Origin: Chiloscyllium plagiosum
Lineage: Eukaryota
DNA: 64,000 bases
Reading direction: 5' to 3'
NCBI RefSeq assembly: GCF_004010195.1
Contig: NC_057751.1
Coordinates: 2,882,379 to 2,946,378 of the forward strand
Shown here: positions 25,471 through 38,000 of the stretch, piece by piece
How the letters are laid out: every line of letters starts with the position of its first letter
How positions within the stretch are numbered: the stretch's first letter is position 1
Made by a program: the position numbers and the translations under genes
Notes under the pieces: generated by a model
Databases searched by the model: none
Seen by the model: only the letters and a program-made list of their open reading frames with translations
Told to the model about the DNA's origin: nothing

Positions 25471-26799
25471 GCCATGGTGTTGAGTTGCCTGTTTTTGCAT
25501 AGCACGTAACTGTATAATTCATTGTAGTGTAATGTTGTGTTGAAAAGATTTTGGTTTTTCCAATTTTCAATTCCATGCAGCAAGATTCAAAGGGAAAATT
25601 GATTTCGAACAATGATGCACTCACAAAGGTAATGATACTGCAATACCCCTTGGTTTTTTGAAACTCCATTCAATGTGCAAAGTGTCTGACATGCCTTTTA
25701 AAGAAATGTCAATGTCTCAGACAAGGGCTTGATTTCAATTGCAACAGTATTTTTTAGTCATTCATGGGATGTGGACATCTCTGACTGGGACAGCCCTTCC
25801 TTAACTGCCCTTGAACTGAGTGGCTTGCCAGGGCCCTTTCTGAAGTCAGCCACTTTGCTGTGGATCTCAGATCACATCTTTGCCAGAACTGGGTAAGGAC
25901 AGCAGACCTCTGTCCCTTGGCTTGCACCTACTCAATGCAGAGACAAGAATAAGATGCCAAGAGTTGAAGATGGTCACCAATATTATCCAATAGGGCATTC
26001 AGAGAAACATCTTCACCCAGAGGATGTGGAGAATCCGGAATTGACTATCAGAGGGAGTGATGGAAATGGACAGAAACGTAAACTCATGAATACCTGAGTG
26101 GAAAGTGTAGAAGGAGATGCTGACAGGTGAGACAGAGGAGGAGTGTGGCACCATGTAAACTGACATTGCTCAGATTGGTTGAATGGCCTGTTTCTGTACT
26201 GTAAATCCGACATAATATCCACAAACTTTCTTCTGATCATCTTATTAGGTTTTGTTTTGATATCTCCTGGAGTCATACATTCTCAAAACTCTTCTGTGCA
26301 AAAATGATCCCTGGACTCACACTAAACTGACTCTCTTCCAACTTGAAGACAGTAAAGTCCAGTGCCAGAAAGTTCCTTTCAGTATTTGGACTTGAACCTC
26401 ACAGCGAATATTTCTGATGCTTGGATGTGGTGGACAATGAGGTTTCATTTTTCATAAGATGGTCGACGTTGGCTCCTGAACGAGTAATGTGCTGCACACA
26501 AGCCAACATATCTTCTTCCCTGACTGTTTTATCTGCAACAAAGGGTGACAGACTTTCAGATCTCTCGTCAGCAAACGGCATTTTTTTAAAAATTCATTGG
26601 TAGGATGTGGTCATCACTGGCTGTCCAGAAATTGTTGTTTGTCACTCGTTGTCCTCAAGAAGGAGGTAATCAGCTGCCTTTTGTACCACCGTTGTCTGTG
26701 TGCTGCAGGTAGACCCACAATGCCCTGAGGGAGGCAATCCAGGGTTTTGACACAACACTGCTGAAAGGACAGCAATGTACTGTATATTGCCAAGTCACT

Positions 26800-27110
26800 G
26801 CAATGTGGAAGCAGGCCAGTTGGTCCATTGAGTCCCCACTGAACCTCCCACACAGACCCACCCCTCAATCCCATCCCTGTAACACTGCATTCCTCATGGC
26901 TAATCCATTTAGCCTGCAAATCCCTGGACACGATGGGTCGTTTGGCTTGGCCAGTCTACCTATTCGGCACATCTTTGCACTGTGGGAAGAAACCAGAGCA
27001 CCCAGAGGAAACCCACACAGACACGGGGGACAGTGAACAACTCCATCCCAGGGCAGAAACAAACCCCAGTCTCTGGTGCTGAGACAGCAGTGCTAAACAC
27101 TCAGCCACGG
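26800..27110 (-). mobile_element. HE1-type V-SINE nested in a LINE 3' fragment (26590-27320)
   Basis: Reverse complement of the 40718 SINE (gtgtctgtgtgggtttcctctgggtgctctggttt). Confidence 0.8.
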
Positions 27111-27889
27111 CGCTCAGTGAGTGAGTGTGTGGCGAGGAGGGGAACTCACAAGTGATGGTCTTTCCATGTATCTGCTGGCCTTGTCCCTCTGGAAGTGACT
27201 GTGGCTTTGGGTGGTGTGATGCTTGATGAACTTCTGCAGTCACCTTGTGAGTGTGACATGCTGTCACCACTGAGCTTCAGTGATGAGGAAGTAGATGTTG
27301 ATGGATGTGGCACTAATCAGGTCTTTACCTGGTTTCTCATTTCAGCTTTTGGTCGGTGGTAACCCCCAGGATGTTGATAGTGCCTCTCAAGTGGAACACT
27401 TCCAAAGATAGACGTGTGTTTATAAAGCATTTTTCACGACCTCAGGGTTTCCTGAAATGTTTGACAGCTAAAGCAGTCAGTGCTGTAATCTCAGAAACAC
27501 AGGAGCTGCTTCAGACATGGCACAAAGATGATAAAGACGAGATCATCGATGTTTATGCCTGACATTGGTCAAGAGATGAATGTTGGCCCAGGCCATCAGG
27601 AAGAAACACCCTCCTCCCACTTTGCTTCTCTGTGAAATCCTGTGATGGGAAGCATCACACACATTAGAGAATTAGTTCCAACTCATTATCAGGAAGTGGT
27701 TTCATTGTTTAGTTTCCCTTTTCAACTGAATCATTTCAAATAATTTTCTACTGTGAGAAACTAAGCAAGAAATAGTTCAAGTTATTTCCTGCAAATCTCA
27801 AACAACCCTTGGTGAGTGCAAGTAGCAGCCTGTTTATTGCATAACAATGTGCAATTCATTTGCAAGGTGGTCACAAGTCTATGAACAGT

Positions 27890-28420
27890 CTCAGTTTACA
27901 TCTGGAATACTTTGAACAGTTTTGGTCCACTTATCTCAGGAAAGATAGACTGGAGTTGGAGGTGGTCCAGAGAAGGGTTCAATCAGTATGGCTCACGAGT
28001 ATGGAAGGATTGTTTGATGAGGACAGGTTGAGGAGGTTTCGCCTGTACTCACTGGACCAGAAGAATGAGACCTTATTGAAACATACAAGATTCTGAGAGG
28101 ACTTGGCCAGATAGACAGGGAAAGGTTATTCCCTCTTGTAGACCAGAGGTCATCATCTCTTTATCATGCATTGACCATTTCACCAGAGATGAGAAGGAAT
28201 TTCTTCTTTCAGAAGGGAGTGAATCGATGCAATCCCTGTCGACAGAGGGCTGTTGAGGATGGGTCATTATGTATCTTCAAGGCTGAGATAGACCAACTTT
28301 CAATCAGGAAAGGAATTGGCAATTGTGTGGAAAAGCAGGAATGTGGAGATCAGGATTATCAGATCTGGTTAATTGGCAAGGCAGACTGGATGGGCTGAAT
28401 AGCCTCCTGCTCCTACCTTG
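27890..28420 (+). mobile_element. Old CR1 3' fragment
   Basis: HLEYFEQFWSTYLRKD..VVQRR and EMRRNFFFQKGVN. Confidence 0.8.
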
Positions 28421-30496
28421 TTCGACGCATTTCATCTGAAATGCTTGGAGGTATGTCTGAAAGAGGTGAAAGCTCTCACCATTTCATTCATCACAGTCTC
28501 CTCTGCATTCACTGACATGATTTGAATGTTAATTCTCTTTCTGGTTTTGTTTGGATTTGAGGTCAATGTGTGAACTCTCGCTGCTGGTCTCAGAGGGAGG
28601 AAGATTAACTTGAACAGATTGGGTAATAATGCAATGTGTTTGGTTTGAGATTGACCTCAGTCAATTCTGATTAACAAATTACTTCCGATTCTGCACAACT
28701 CAGCCCTGTTTGACCTTATTCAGAGAACACAAGTAAGCTCCTCAGCAGAAAATCGCACTTGACTCTGTAATGATGAAGTGTTTGGGCAGAGGTCGGATTT
28801 CAGTCACTTCATCATTTGTTGTTGAAAGCACAATGTTGCTTCCTAGTGAGGTAGAGTGAGTTTTCAATAAATAACCCATCATGCTGTGATTATGTGTGAG
28901 CAGGCTGTGACCCCTGACTGACCCTAGGCTGGCACTGTCCACCCTGGTGGCCAAGATAGGTGCACTCCATGATAGGTGCCCGCTCCCATCACCACCTCCC
29001 CAGCCTCAGTTAAATTCTGCAGTTTAGCTACAGGACACAAGGTGGGCCTTTCAACGGAGCCTGAAAATCAGACCTGCAATTCCCTCGAGTGGCTTCAAGG
29101 TCAGGCGAAATAGAGCACTTGTATTTCTCCAGCTTCTTTCCGGAGGGTCAGACATCTGTCAATGAACTGTGGTCACTGTTGTCAGGTAGGAAAGATGCTT
29201 ACATCTTTGGACAGCATGCTCCCACGAACAGTCACGCAATCAAGCTCAAATCATCAGTCCGCTGGAGTTAGTCAAAGGATGGCAGGGATCGAAACCTCAG
29301 GGGGCCGTTTTGGTGAATTTTCCTGTTCCTCTGGGACCAACAAAAATAACTGAGTCCCAAATGTTGGGTATAATTCTCATCTTGGCTCGCCTGTGGAACC
29401 GCACACCCCAAGCCTAGCCCAGTTCAGGTCCACAGTGGCACGACTCTCCATGTCCACACAAGAAAGGCTCTTGTTTGCTGAAACTGACGTGTAGTTGCAC
29501 GTTCTCACTGGAGCCCCCCTTTTAACGTGGAGATTATTATATTAAGGACTCGACTGCTCTCTCCCACACCAATCTGTTCAGACACATTTGATGGATTTCC
29601 GAGTTTCATGTGTGATTGACCCGACCTCACGGATTGTAAAAGTCAGTCTTGAATGTTGTGAACAGGCTGCAAAGGTAAAATTATGAGGACAGGTTAGATA
29701 GACCAGGTTCATGTTCCTTCAGTTGAAGAATTAAATGTTAAAGGGCTGATCAAATCAAGATGTTCAACTAAAGGATTTGATGACTCAATCAAGTGAAACG
29801 ATTTCCTTTGTGATGGAGAGAGACCAGAACAAAGAGCCAGTTTTTGACTTTTAAATGTGAACGAGTCCATTCAAGGGTGAGGGCAGAAAGCACACTTCAC
29901 ACAAAAACGGAGTGGAAATCTGCAATCCCCTCCCTCCCTCCCTCCTTCCCAAGCCTTCGATGAAAACCTCAAGGGCTGGGGTTCAATGGAAAACTCCGTT
30001 TTTGCTGTGGAAGGAGATGAAGGTTGACAGAACTGAGGTGGGGAGAATGGGTTGAGGTACAAATGACACAAGATGGAATTAGATTCAGATGAGATTGAGG
30101 TTTATTGTCACATGTGCTCAGGTGTGGGGTACAAACAAACAGTGGACAATGTCACCATTCCTGACACTATCTTAGATACAAAGGTATCAAAGTACAAAAT
30201 CTTTAGTACAGAAATGGAAACGTAAAGAGATCATTTTAAAAAGCACAGCAGTTTCTTCCTTGGATAAAAGTAGAAACAAAGAAATTAGTTATTAAAAACC
30301 TGACAGTCCTTTGTTAAGCCATGTTTCTGTGGCCGAGCAACAAAGTTGTGGAGTTTAATGTGCTTGTCCTGTCACTATGAACTACCACCAAGTCATCCTT
30401 GAGCCCATTACTGTCCAAGAATTCCTGAAAATTAACCCCAATGAACTGTGAAGGTAACTCCCAATGTGCAATCCAGCCCCTACTCCTGGAAAACTA

Positions 30497-30744
30497 AAAG
30501 AGAAAATGCTGGAAAATCTCAGCAGGTCTGGCAGCATCTGTAAGGAGAGAAAAGAGCTGACGTTTCGAGTCTAACTGACCCTTTGTCAAAGCTATAAAAA
30601 GGGAGAAATAGGGAGGTAAGGGTCAGTTAGACTCGAAACGTCAGCTCTTTTCTCTCCTTACAGATGCTGCCAGACCTGCTGAGATTTTCCAGCATTTTCT
30701 CTTTTGGTTTCAGATTCCAGCATCTGCAGTAATTTGCTTTTATT
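30497..30744. mobile_element. Young fold-back Penelope pLTR insertion (family C) with 11-bp TSD
   Basis: Apparently perfect inverted arms (30497-30583 vs 30618-30704); TSD ctggaaaacta at 30486-96 and 30745-55. Confidence 0.92.
30555..30593 (-). ncRNA. Minimal hammerhead with U3-A8 variant core (family C)
   Basis: AGCU UUGACAA A GGGUC-AGUUA-GACUC GAAA CG UC|AGCU. Confidence 0.75.
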
Positions 30745-31189
30745 CTGGAAAACTATGTCGCTGGATCTTTAGAAATGCGCAGCCTGGGACCACTGTCCAT
30801 GAGGTGATAATTCTCCTCAACTTCACTTCAACAGATAAGCATCAATCAAAAAAACAAAGGGTTACTGTCAATACACGTGTTTGGTGAAAGTTCATCACAC
30901 ACTTCTGTCATCTGAGAGCTTGGATTCAAAAGTGAAAGCACTGCTTTCAGGTTGATTTGTACATCCACGTTGAGTGTTAAGGAAGAGGAAGTGGGCGGGC
31001 TGAACCTGGTCAGGTTTTGTGAGGCTGAATGAGCTTCCTCGCACTGTCATCCCCAATGACTTCACTGACTGCTAAAAACATCTCAATGGTACCCCTCTCT
31101 TCTGACATATCTTGGATTCTAACATCTTTCCCAAAATGGAATAATTTTTGAACTGGGTGCTGCTGCCAATTGTTAACCCCAGTGACAGT

Positions 31190-32370
31190 GATTTACCAGG
31201 ATGTTCTGAGACTGGAGATTTTGAGTTGGAAGGAGAGGTTAGATAGCCTAGGACCTTGTTCCCTGCAGAGGCGGAGGCTGAGAGGTGACCATGCCGAGGT
31301 TTATAAATTCAGGAGGGGCATAGAAAATGTAAACAGCGAAAGTCTTTTTCCCCAGTACGGGAGTCCAATAACCAGTAGTGCTCCACAAGGATCTGTTCTA
31401 GGGCCTCTGCTCTTTGCGGTTTTTATAAATGACTTGGATGAGGAACTGTTAAGGGTGGGTTAGTAAGTTTGCTGACGACATGAAGGTTGGTGGAGTGGTG
31501 GATAGTGTGGAAGGCTGTTGGAGTTTGCAATGGGACATTGACAGGATGCAGAACCAGGCTGAGAAGTGGCAGATGGAGTTCAACCTGGAAAAGTGTGAAG
31601 TGATTCATTTTGGAAGGTTGAATTTGAACACAGATTACAGGGTTAAAGGCAAGATTCTTGGCAGTGCAGAGGAACAGAGGAATCTTGGGTTGAACATCCA
31701 TAGATCCCTCAGAGTTGCCACCCAGGTTGATAGGGTTGTTGAGAAGGCGTATGGTGTGTTGGCTTTCATTCTCAGGGGAACTGAGTTTAAGAGCTGAGAG
31801 ATTATGCTGCAGCTTTGTTGAGTCCTGGTTAGACTACACTTGGAACATTGTGTTCAGTTTTGTTCACCTCATTATAAGAAGGATGTGGAAGCTTCAGCGA
31901 GGATGCAGAGGAGATTTACCAGGATGCTACCTGGACTGGAGGGAATGTCTTTTGAAGAAAGGTTGAGGGAGCTCGGGCCTTCCCCATTGGAGTGCAGAAG
32001 GATGAAAGGTGACTTGATAGAGGTGTACAAGATGATGAGAGGCAGAGATAGAGTCGATAGCCAGAGACTTTTTCCCAGGGCGGAAATGGCTGTCTCGAGG
32101 GTTTATAATTTGAAGGCGATTGGAGGAAGGTTTAAGGGAGATGTGAGAGGTAGGTTCTTTGCACAGAGAGTGGTGGGTATGTGGAATGCACTGCCAGCAA
32201 TGTAGTAGAGTCAGGGATATTAGGGACATTTCAGTGATACTTGGATAGTGGTAAAATGGAGGGTATGTCGGTTAGTCTTAGATCTTAGAATTGAATAAAT
32301 GGTTGGCATAACATCGAGGGCCAAAGGGCCTGTACTGTGCTGTGCTATACTGTTCAATGTGCTATGTTCC
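31190..32370 (+). mobile_element. CR1 fragments: an older piece 31190-31350 joined to a younger RT/3' UTR
   Basis: PQGSVLGPLLFAVFINDLDE, WQMEFNLEKCEVIHFG, FAQRVVGMWNALP. Confidence 0.92.
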
Positions 32371-32957
32371 CAGACTTGCTGAGCTTTTCCAGCAGTTTCA
32401 GTGTATGTTTCTGATTTCCAGCCTCCGCAGTCCCTCTGGTTTGATTAGTTCCTCTAGGGATTTGATTGTTGCTGGTTCCTGCGCTGTGATGGTGGCAGGT
32501 TGTTTAAAGCCTGTGCTCTTAAAGAGGTGATGTGACACTTGCTCTTTCTTGTGAGACAAGCTGTCTGCTCTTCCCCAAGTCTACCAGAGAGCCTGTCAAA
32601 CGCTGAGCCTGCTTTTGCCTGCAGGCAAAGTGGTTCATTTTCTCATCCAACTTGGTGTTATTGGAAAAATTTACTTGCAAGAACCTCTGTCTGGAACAAA
32701 AGGGTGTGTTGGTCAATTGTGAACTTGGAGTGTGTGGGTGATACAAGATGTCTGCTATCTCCAGGCCAAGATTTGCTGAGGCTGGGGCACAGTGATCAAC
32801 AGACAACTGAATTGCCTTCCAGAGTTTGTGCAAAAAGATAACAGATATCCGGCAAAAAGATTTCACTCAGTAACTGTTCATAAACCTTTGTCCCAGCTTT
32901 GAGGTTTTGCAAGTTGAAGGTGTTGTGGTTCTGTTCGCCGAGCTGGATATTTTTGTT

Positions 32958-32997
32958 GCAAACGTTTCGTCCCCTGTCTAGGTGACATCCTCAGTGC
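32958..32997 (-). ncRNA. Minimal hammerhead (family D), left arm
   Basis: GCA CUGAGGA U GUCaCCU-AGAC-AGGgGAC GAAA CG UU|UGC. Confidence 0.75.
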
Positions 32998-33447
32998 TTG
33001 GGAGCCTCCTGTGAAGCGCTTCTGTGGTGTTTCCTCCAGCATTTGTAGTAATTTGTATCTGCCGTTTCCGGTTGTCAGTTTCAGCTGTCCACAGTAGTGG
33101 CCGGTATATTGGGTCCAGGTCGATGTGTTTGTTGATGGAGTTTGTGGATGAGTGCCAAGCTTCTAGGAATTCCCTGGCTGTTCTCTGTTTGGCTTGTCCT
33201 ACAATGGTAGCAACATGAATTCGACTGGGACAACACTACCATTATAGGACAAGCGAAACAAAGAACAGCCAGGGAATTCCTAGAAGCATGGCACTCATCC
33301 ACAAACTCCATCAACAAACACATTGACCTGGACCCAATATACCGGCCACTACTGTGGACAGCTGAAACTGACAACCGGAAGCGGCAGGGACAGGCCACGA
33401 GAAATGCCGGAGGAAACATCACAGAAGCGCTTCATAGGAGCTCCCAA

Positions 33448-33487
33448 GCACTGAGGATGTCACCTAGACAGGGGACGAAACGTTTGC
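33448..33487 (+). ncRNA. Minimal hammerhead (family D), right arm
   Basis: Identical motif on the plus strand. Confidence 0.75.
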
Positions 33488-35569
33488 AACACAAATTTCC
33501 AGCTCGGCGAACAGAACCACAACAACGAGCACCCGAGCTACAAATCTTCTCCCAAACTTTGAAGTTGAAGGTGTTGCGGTCTGTCCTGAACTGAATGGTG
33601 ATCAATTTCTTCTGACTGGAATCAATGTACAGACTCACTCGGTGCTGTTAGTGGCAGGAAAGGTAGCCAATAACATTTCACATTGCATCACAGTGTCCAT
33701 CTGAAACAATTGCAGGATGCCACATTTCATGAGAAAAGGGTGCTGATTGGTTCTCAAGTTGGCTTGGATTGGTCGAGACTTTGTCACGGCAAATGCATCA
33801 GGCATCTTTTGTCCCCCAAGTTGTCATTCATTCCAAAGATATCACGAGATCCCGACAAACAAACGCAGAAATTGCTGGATAAACTCAGCGGGTCTGTGGA
33901 GGGAAATCAGAGTGAATGTTTCGAGGGCAGTGGGGAGGGGTGGAGTGAGGGGAAGGGTCTCCAAATTCTGCCCAGTTACAAAATGACATTGCACATGAGG
34001 TTTGCAAGGTCATGTGGGCAGATTATGATCAGTCCTGTGTCTGTTACTAACAGCCAAAGGGAACTGCTGTCCCACCAGTGATGACCCACCAGTCACTGGG
34101 ATGTCCTGCCCTGACATATCACATTTGTCACGCGTGTGGATATGACATCTATTTGGTTCATTCAGTGTTGTAGGTCCAGTCTTGGATTTCATCTTGAGAA
34201 GAAAGGTGAGGGAAAGACTGATCAAAGAGGTGGATTAGAAAATAATTCTAAAAGGAAGGCTGGAAGGCGGAGGTGAGAAAGTCACAGGGTGGAGACTGTG
34301 GAAGGTCAGTTTGTTACACCTGGAAAATTCTCCATGCTTTTGCTGACATGATAAGGCAGATTCTTTTATGCCCCATCCAATTAAGATACTACCCTCAGCT
34401 CAGTATTGAATCCTCACCAGCTCAGGTCTTGAAGCCATGAGTTTCTGATTGAGACAGTAGTGAGACTGACTGACTGTCAGGACAAAACAGTATCTACCGC
34501 ATCGAGATTGTGAACAAATGAATTCTCTCTCCAGAGAGGGTTCCGTTTCTCAACAAGTCAGCCTCATAGCCTTGTCCCCGTCCGAATACCTTCTCAGCTT
34601 TGCCATTAGCTCCACCTCTGACTCATTGCCTGCCACTCTGATCCCCATGTAGTGTCGAACTGTTTTTGTCAGAGGTGTCAGAAAGCATTTTCATCACAGT
34701 TTCTGTTTATTTACTCCTCATGCTGTCTCTCCACCTTCACACCCAAATGCTAACCTAACATTCTCGGTGACTGGGAAATTCCAGGTTGGTTTTCGGAACC
34801 CAGCAGGGAGTTATTCTATCTTTAAACCAACAATGATTTTGTTATCATCATCCCCAGTAGCAAGAAGACAGCATGGGACAGTCATGAAATTCCCACTCAC
34901 TCAAGGAGCACCTGTTGCTACCTTTAATATCTTTTAAAATTCTTTTCCTTATTTTCAAATGCCAACATTGCCTGACCCCTCTATCTCCAGCATTTGTTGT
35001 TATCAATACAATTCCAGCATCTGCAGTAAGTTGCTGCCTCTGTCCGTGTAACCTGTTCAGTCCCACAGCCGACTGACATATCTATATGCCTCCGCAACAC
35101 TGCCTTTGGTAGCTCAGCTTTCACCTCCCTCAGGACAAATCCTCATGACACCTCTTTGCTCAACCACCATTCCATCCTTCTCTTCAAATGCTCTTCTCAG
35201 CCTCCCTCATTGACCAAGTGTTTTAGTTGTGAGTGTGCCTTTACATTGTCGGGAGCTTACCTTGAATAACTCAAGGGTTATGTATATTTATATCTAACCC
35301 CATCAATCAGTCTGTCAGACTGGGAGTGCAGAAACAGCATACGTGGAACTCAGTTGCTCTTGTTTTAATGTTTCCAATTGAGGTTGTACTGTTTTATGAT
35401 GTTAAACTAACTAAACCAAGCTGTTAATCAGTCTCTGAGGGGTGATTGATTCTGATATGAAGATCATCAACATGGCATGTTTGTTTTATCATAACTAGTA
35501 CACGAAAGAAGATCTGACAAATTAAACTAAGAATACACATGACAGCTTTTAAGGTGGCTTAACATAACA

Positions 35570-36102
35570 TACACATAAAGCAATACAGCACAGAACAGGC
35601 CCTTCAGCCCTCGCTGTTGCACCGATCTGTGAACTAATCTAAGCCCATCCCCCTACACTATCCCAAAATCATCCATGTGCTTATCTAAGGATTGTTTAAA
35701 TCTCCCTAATGTGGCTGAGTTGACTGCATTAGGAGGTAGTGCATTCCACGGCCTTACCACTCTCTGCATAAAGAACCTGCCTCTGACATCTGTCTCAATT
35801 TGTAGTTATGCCCCCTCGTACAAGCTGACATCATCAGCCTAGGAAAAAGACTTTCACTGTCGACCCTACCTCATCCTCTGATCATCTTGCATGTCTCTAT
35901 CAAATCCCCTCTTAGCCTTCTTCTTTCCAATGAGAACAGACCCAAGTCTCTCAGCCTTTCCTCATAAGACCGTCCCTCCAGACCAGGCAACATCCTGGTA
36001 AATCTCCTCTGCACCTTTTCCAATGCTTCCACATCCTTCCTGTAATGGGGCGACCAGAAGTGGACACAATATTCCAAGTGTGGCCGTACCAGCGTCTTGT
36101 AA
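35570..36102 (-). mobile_element. CR1 3' fragment, same subfamily as 2631
   Basis: [44 protein letters not shown]. Confidence 0.93.
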
Positions 36103-36109
36103 AGTGCAA

Positions 36110-36890
36110 AGTGGTGTTGGCAGAGACAGTCCAGATAATACCTGAGACATATGAACATTAAAACAGGGAGCAAGAATAGGCCAGAGAGAATGACCAGACA
36201 GACATAGACAGGTTAAGGTGAATGGGCAAACACTTGGCAGAATACAAACCCAATTCACATCTGTTCACATGGAAGAATATCATGTAGGGAAACATGACGT
36301 TATCGAACAGCCGAGGAGGTGAATCTGAAGTAAATGGGACAAGAATGCAGAGAGCTGCAGGACAGAGGGATCTGGCACTGTTCACACAGGCAGCCACAAG
36401 AAGTGAGCACCCAAGTTCAGGAGCAAGTAGGGAAACCCAATTGAATCTCAGCCTTTATTTCAAAGGAGATGCATGTTTCAAAAAGGGACAATCTTATAAA
36501 AACTATACAAGGCACAGCTGAAAGTCTGTGAACAATTTTAGTCCCCTTCCCGAAGGGAAGATATCCTGGCTTTGGAGACAGCCCAGAGAAGATTCACTGG
36601 GCTGATCCTTGGGGGTGAAGGTTGAGTAGGTTGGGCCTGTACTCATCGGAGTTTAGAGGAATGAGAGGTGACCATCTTGACAAATGCAAGATTCACAGAG
36701 GACTTGAGAGGGTATATGTGGAAAAGTTAATTCCCCTCATCAAAGAATCTCTGACCAGACAGCAAAATCTCAGAGTAAGTTGTCACCTATTCAAGCCAGC
36801 AATAAGGTCACGTGGAATTGAAGATGATTAGGTTAGCCCTGCTCTCATTAAAGGTGAAACGGACTGAATAGGGTGAATGGCCTTTTAGTC
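36110..36890 (+). mobile_element. Old degenerate CR1
   Basis: SRLGLYSSEFRGMRGD and QRDLA-like RT C-terminal remnants. Confidence 0.65.
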
Positions 36891-37699
36891 TTAAAGTCTC
36901 TGGAGGAATTGTTTGATTATAAAGAATCTTCTGTATGTTCCACTGACTAAAACTACTTCTGGAAATGATTTAAATTGGGACAAAACATTCTGGAAGTGTG
37001 GAAATATACAAAGCGAAGATATGGACAAGACAAAAAAACATATCAACTCTGTCCACGACAGTCTCCTGTCTTGAAATCTTCTGACGTGGCCTGCTTTTAC
37101 ATTCTGAATGATGATATTCCTGGAGCTGATTTATGATGTTCAAGGTTCTGTATAAATCCAAGCAGTACATCATTGTGTTTGTTCCATATTCCCACCCCAC
37201 ATATTGTCAGGCAGGTCCTACCGGTGTTAGGATGAGGTGTGAGCTCTGTCACTTCCCGGAATTGTCTGAAGAATGGATGATAAAAGAACTGAAATGTAAT
37301 TTTCAAGAAGAGGATGAGAAGGGGACTGTAAGCAAGCCAGATAAAGGAGAGACAGAGACATGACTGTAGGCACTCGGGTGTGAAGGGATAAAAGGATTAG
37401 GCTTTAGAGAACTAGACAGTCAACGTGTATTGGGTGTAAATCTTATTTAATTGTGCAGACAGACATGAGGTGTTTCAGCATAGAGACATCTTAAACCTTT
37501 AAACACATTGTTGCTAGCACAGTTAGTTTACTCGCTGACGATCAGAGAGCACGGAGACCCACAGAAATTGCAGTTTATTCCTTGCTCTGTACTGAGGCTT
37601 TGCTGATCTTAGTTTCAGCTGATATCGAAAAGGAAGAAGACTTGTACTTCTGCTTTGGTTGTGTTGACATCACAGGTTAAATTCCATATTGCAGAAGCA

Positions 37700-38000
37700 T
37701 CATTTTGTTCTGAACGTGCCTGACAATGTGATAGCGAGCAGGTAAGCTGGATTTTGCTCTGTTGATTGAGGGATAAGTATCGTCCAGGAGAATGCTGATA
37801 AAATTGTGACATGGAATCTTTCATATTCACCTGAAGAGACACATGGGTCATTGGTTTTCTGTCACATCTGAAAGGTGGCACCTCCCACAGCACTGCACCG
37901 AACTGACAACCTCCGTTTATGTGCTGTAGCTTTGGAGTGGGATTTGAACCAGGGACCATGTAGCTGAGAGTTGACGGTGTTACCCACTGAGCTGTTACCA
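37700..38000 (-). mobile_element. Deu-domain tRNA-derived SINE
   Basis: Minus strand: A-box-like agctcagtgg, B-box ggttcaaatccc, then a body similar to 41925 and 46225. Confidence 0.6.

Larger units (their letters stand above)
32926..33561. mobile_element. Fold-back Penelope element (family D, Penelope/Poseidon type) with 15-bp TSD
   Basis: Inverted arms of about 285 bp. The right arm encodes HEFDWDNTTIIGQAKQRTAREFLEAWHS (GIY-YIG C-terminus). TSD aagttgaaggtgttg at 32911-25 and 33562-76. Confidence 0.93.
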
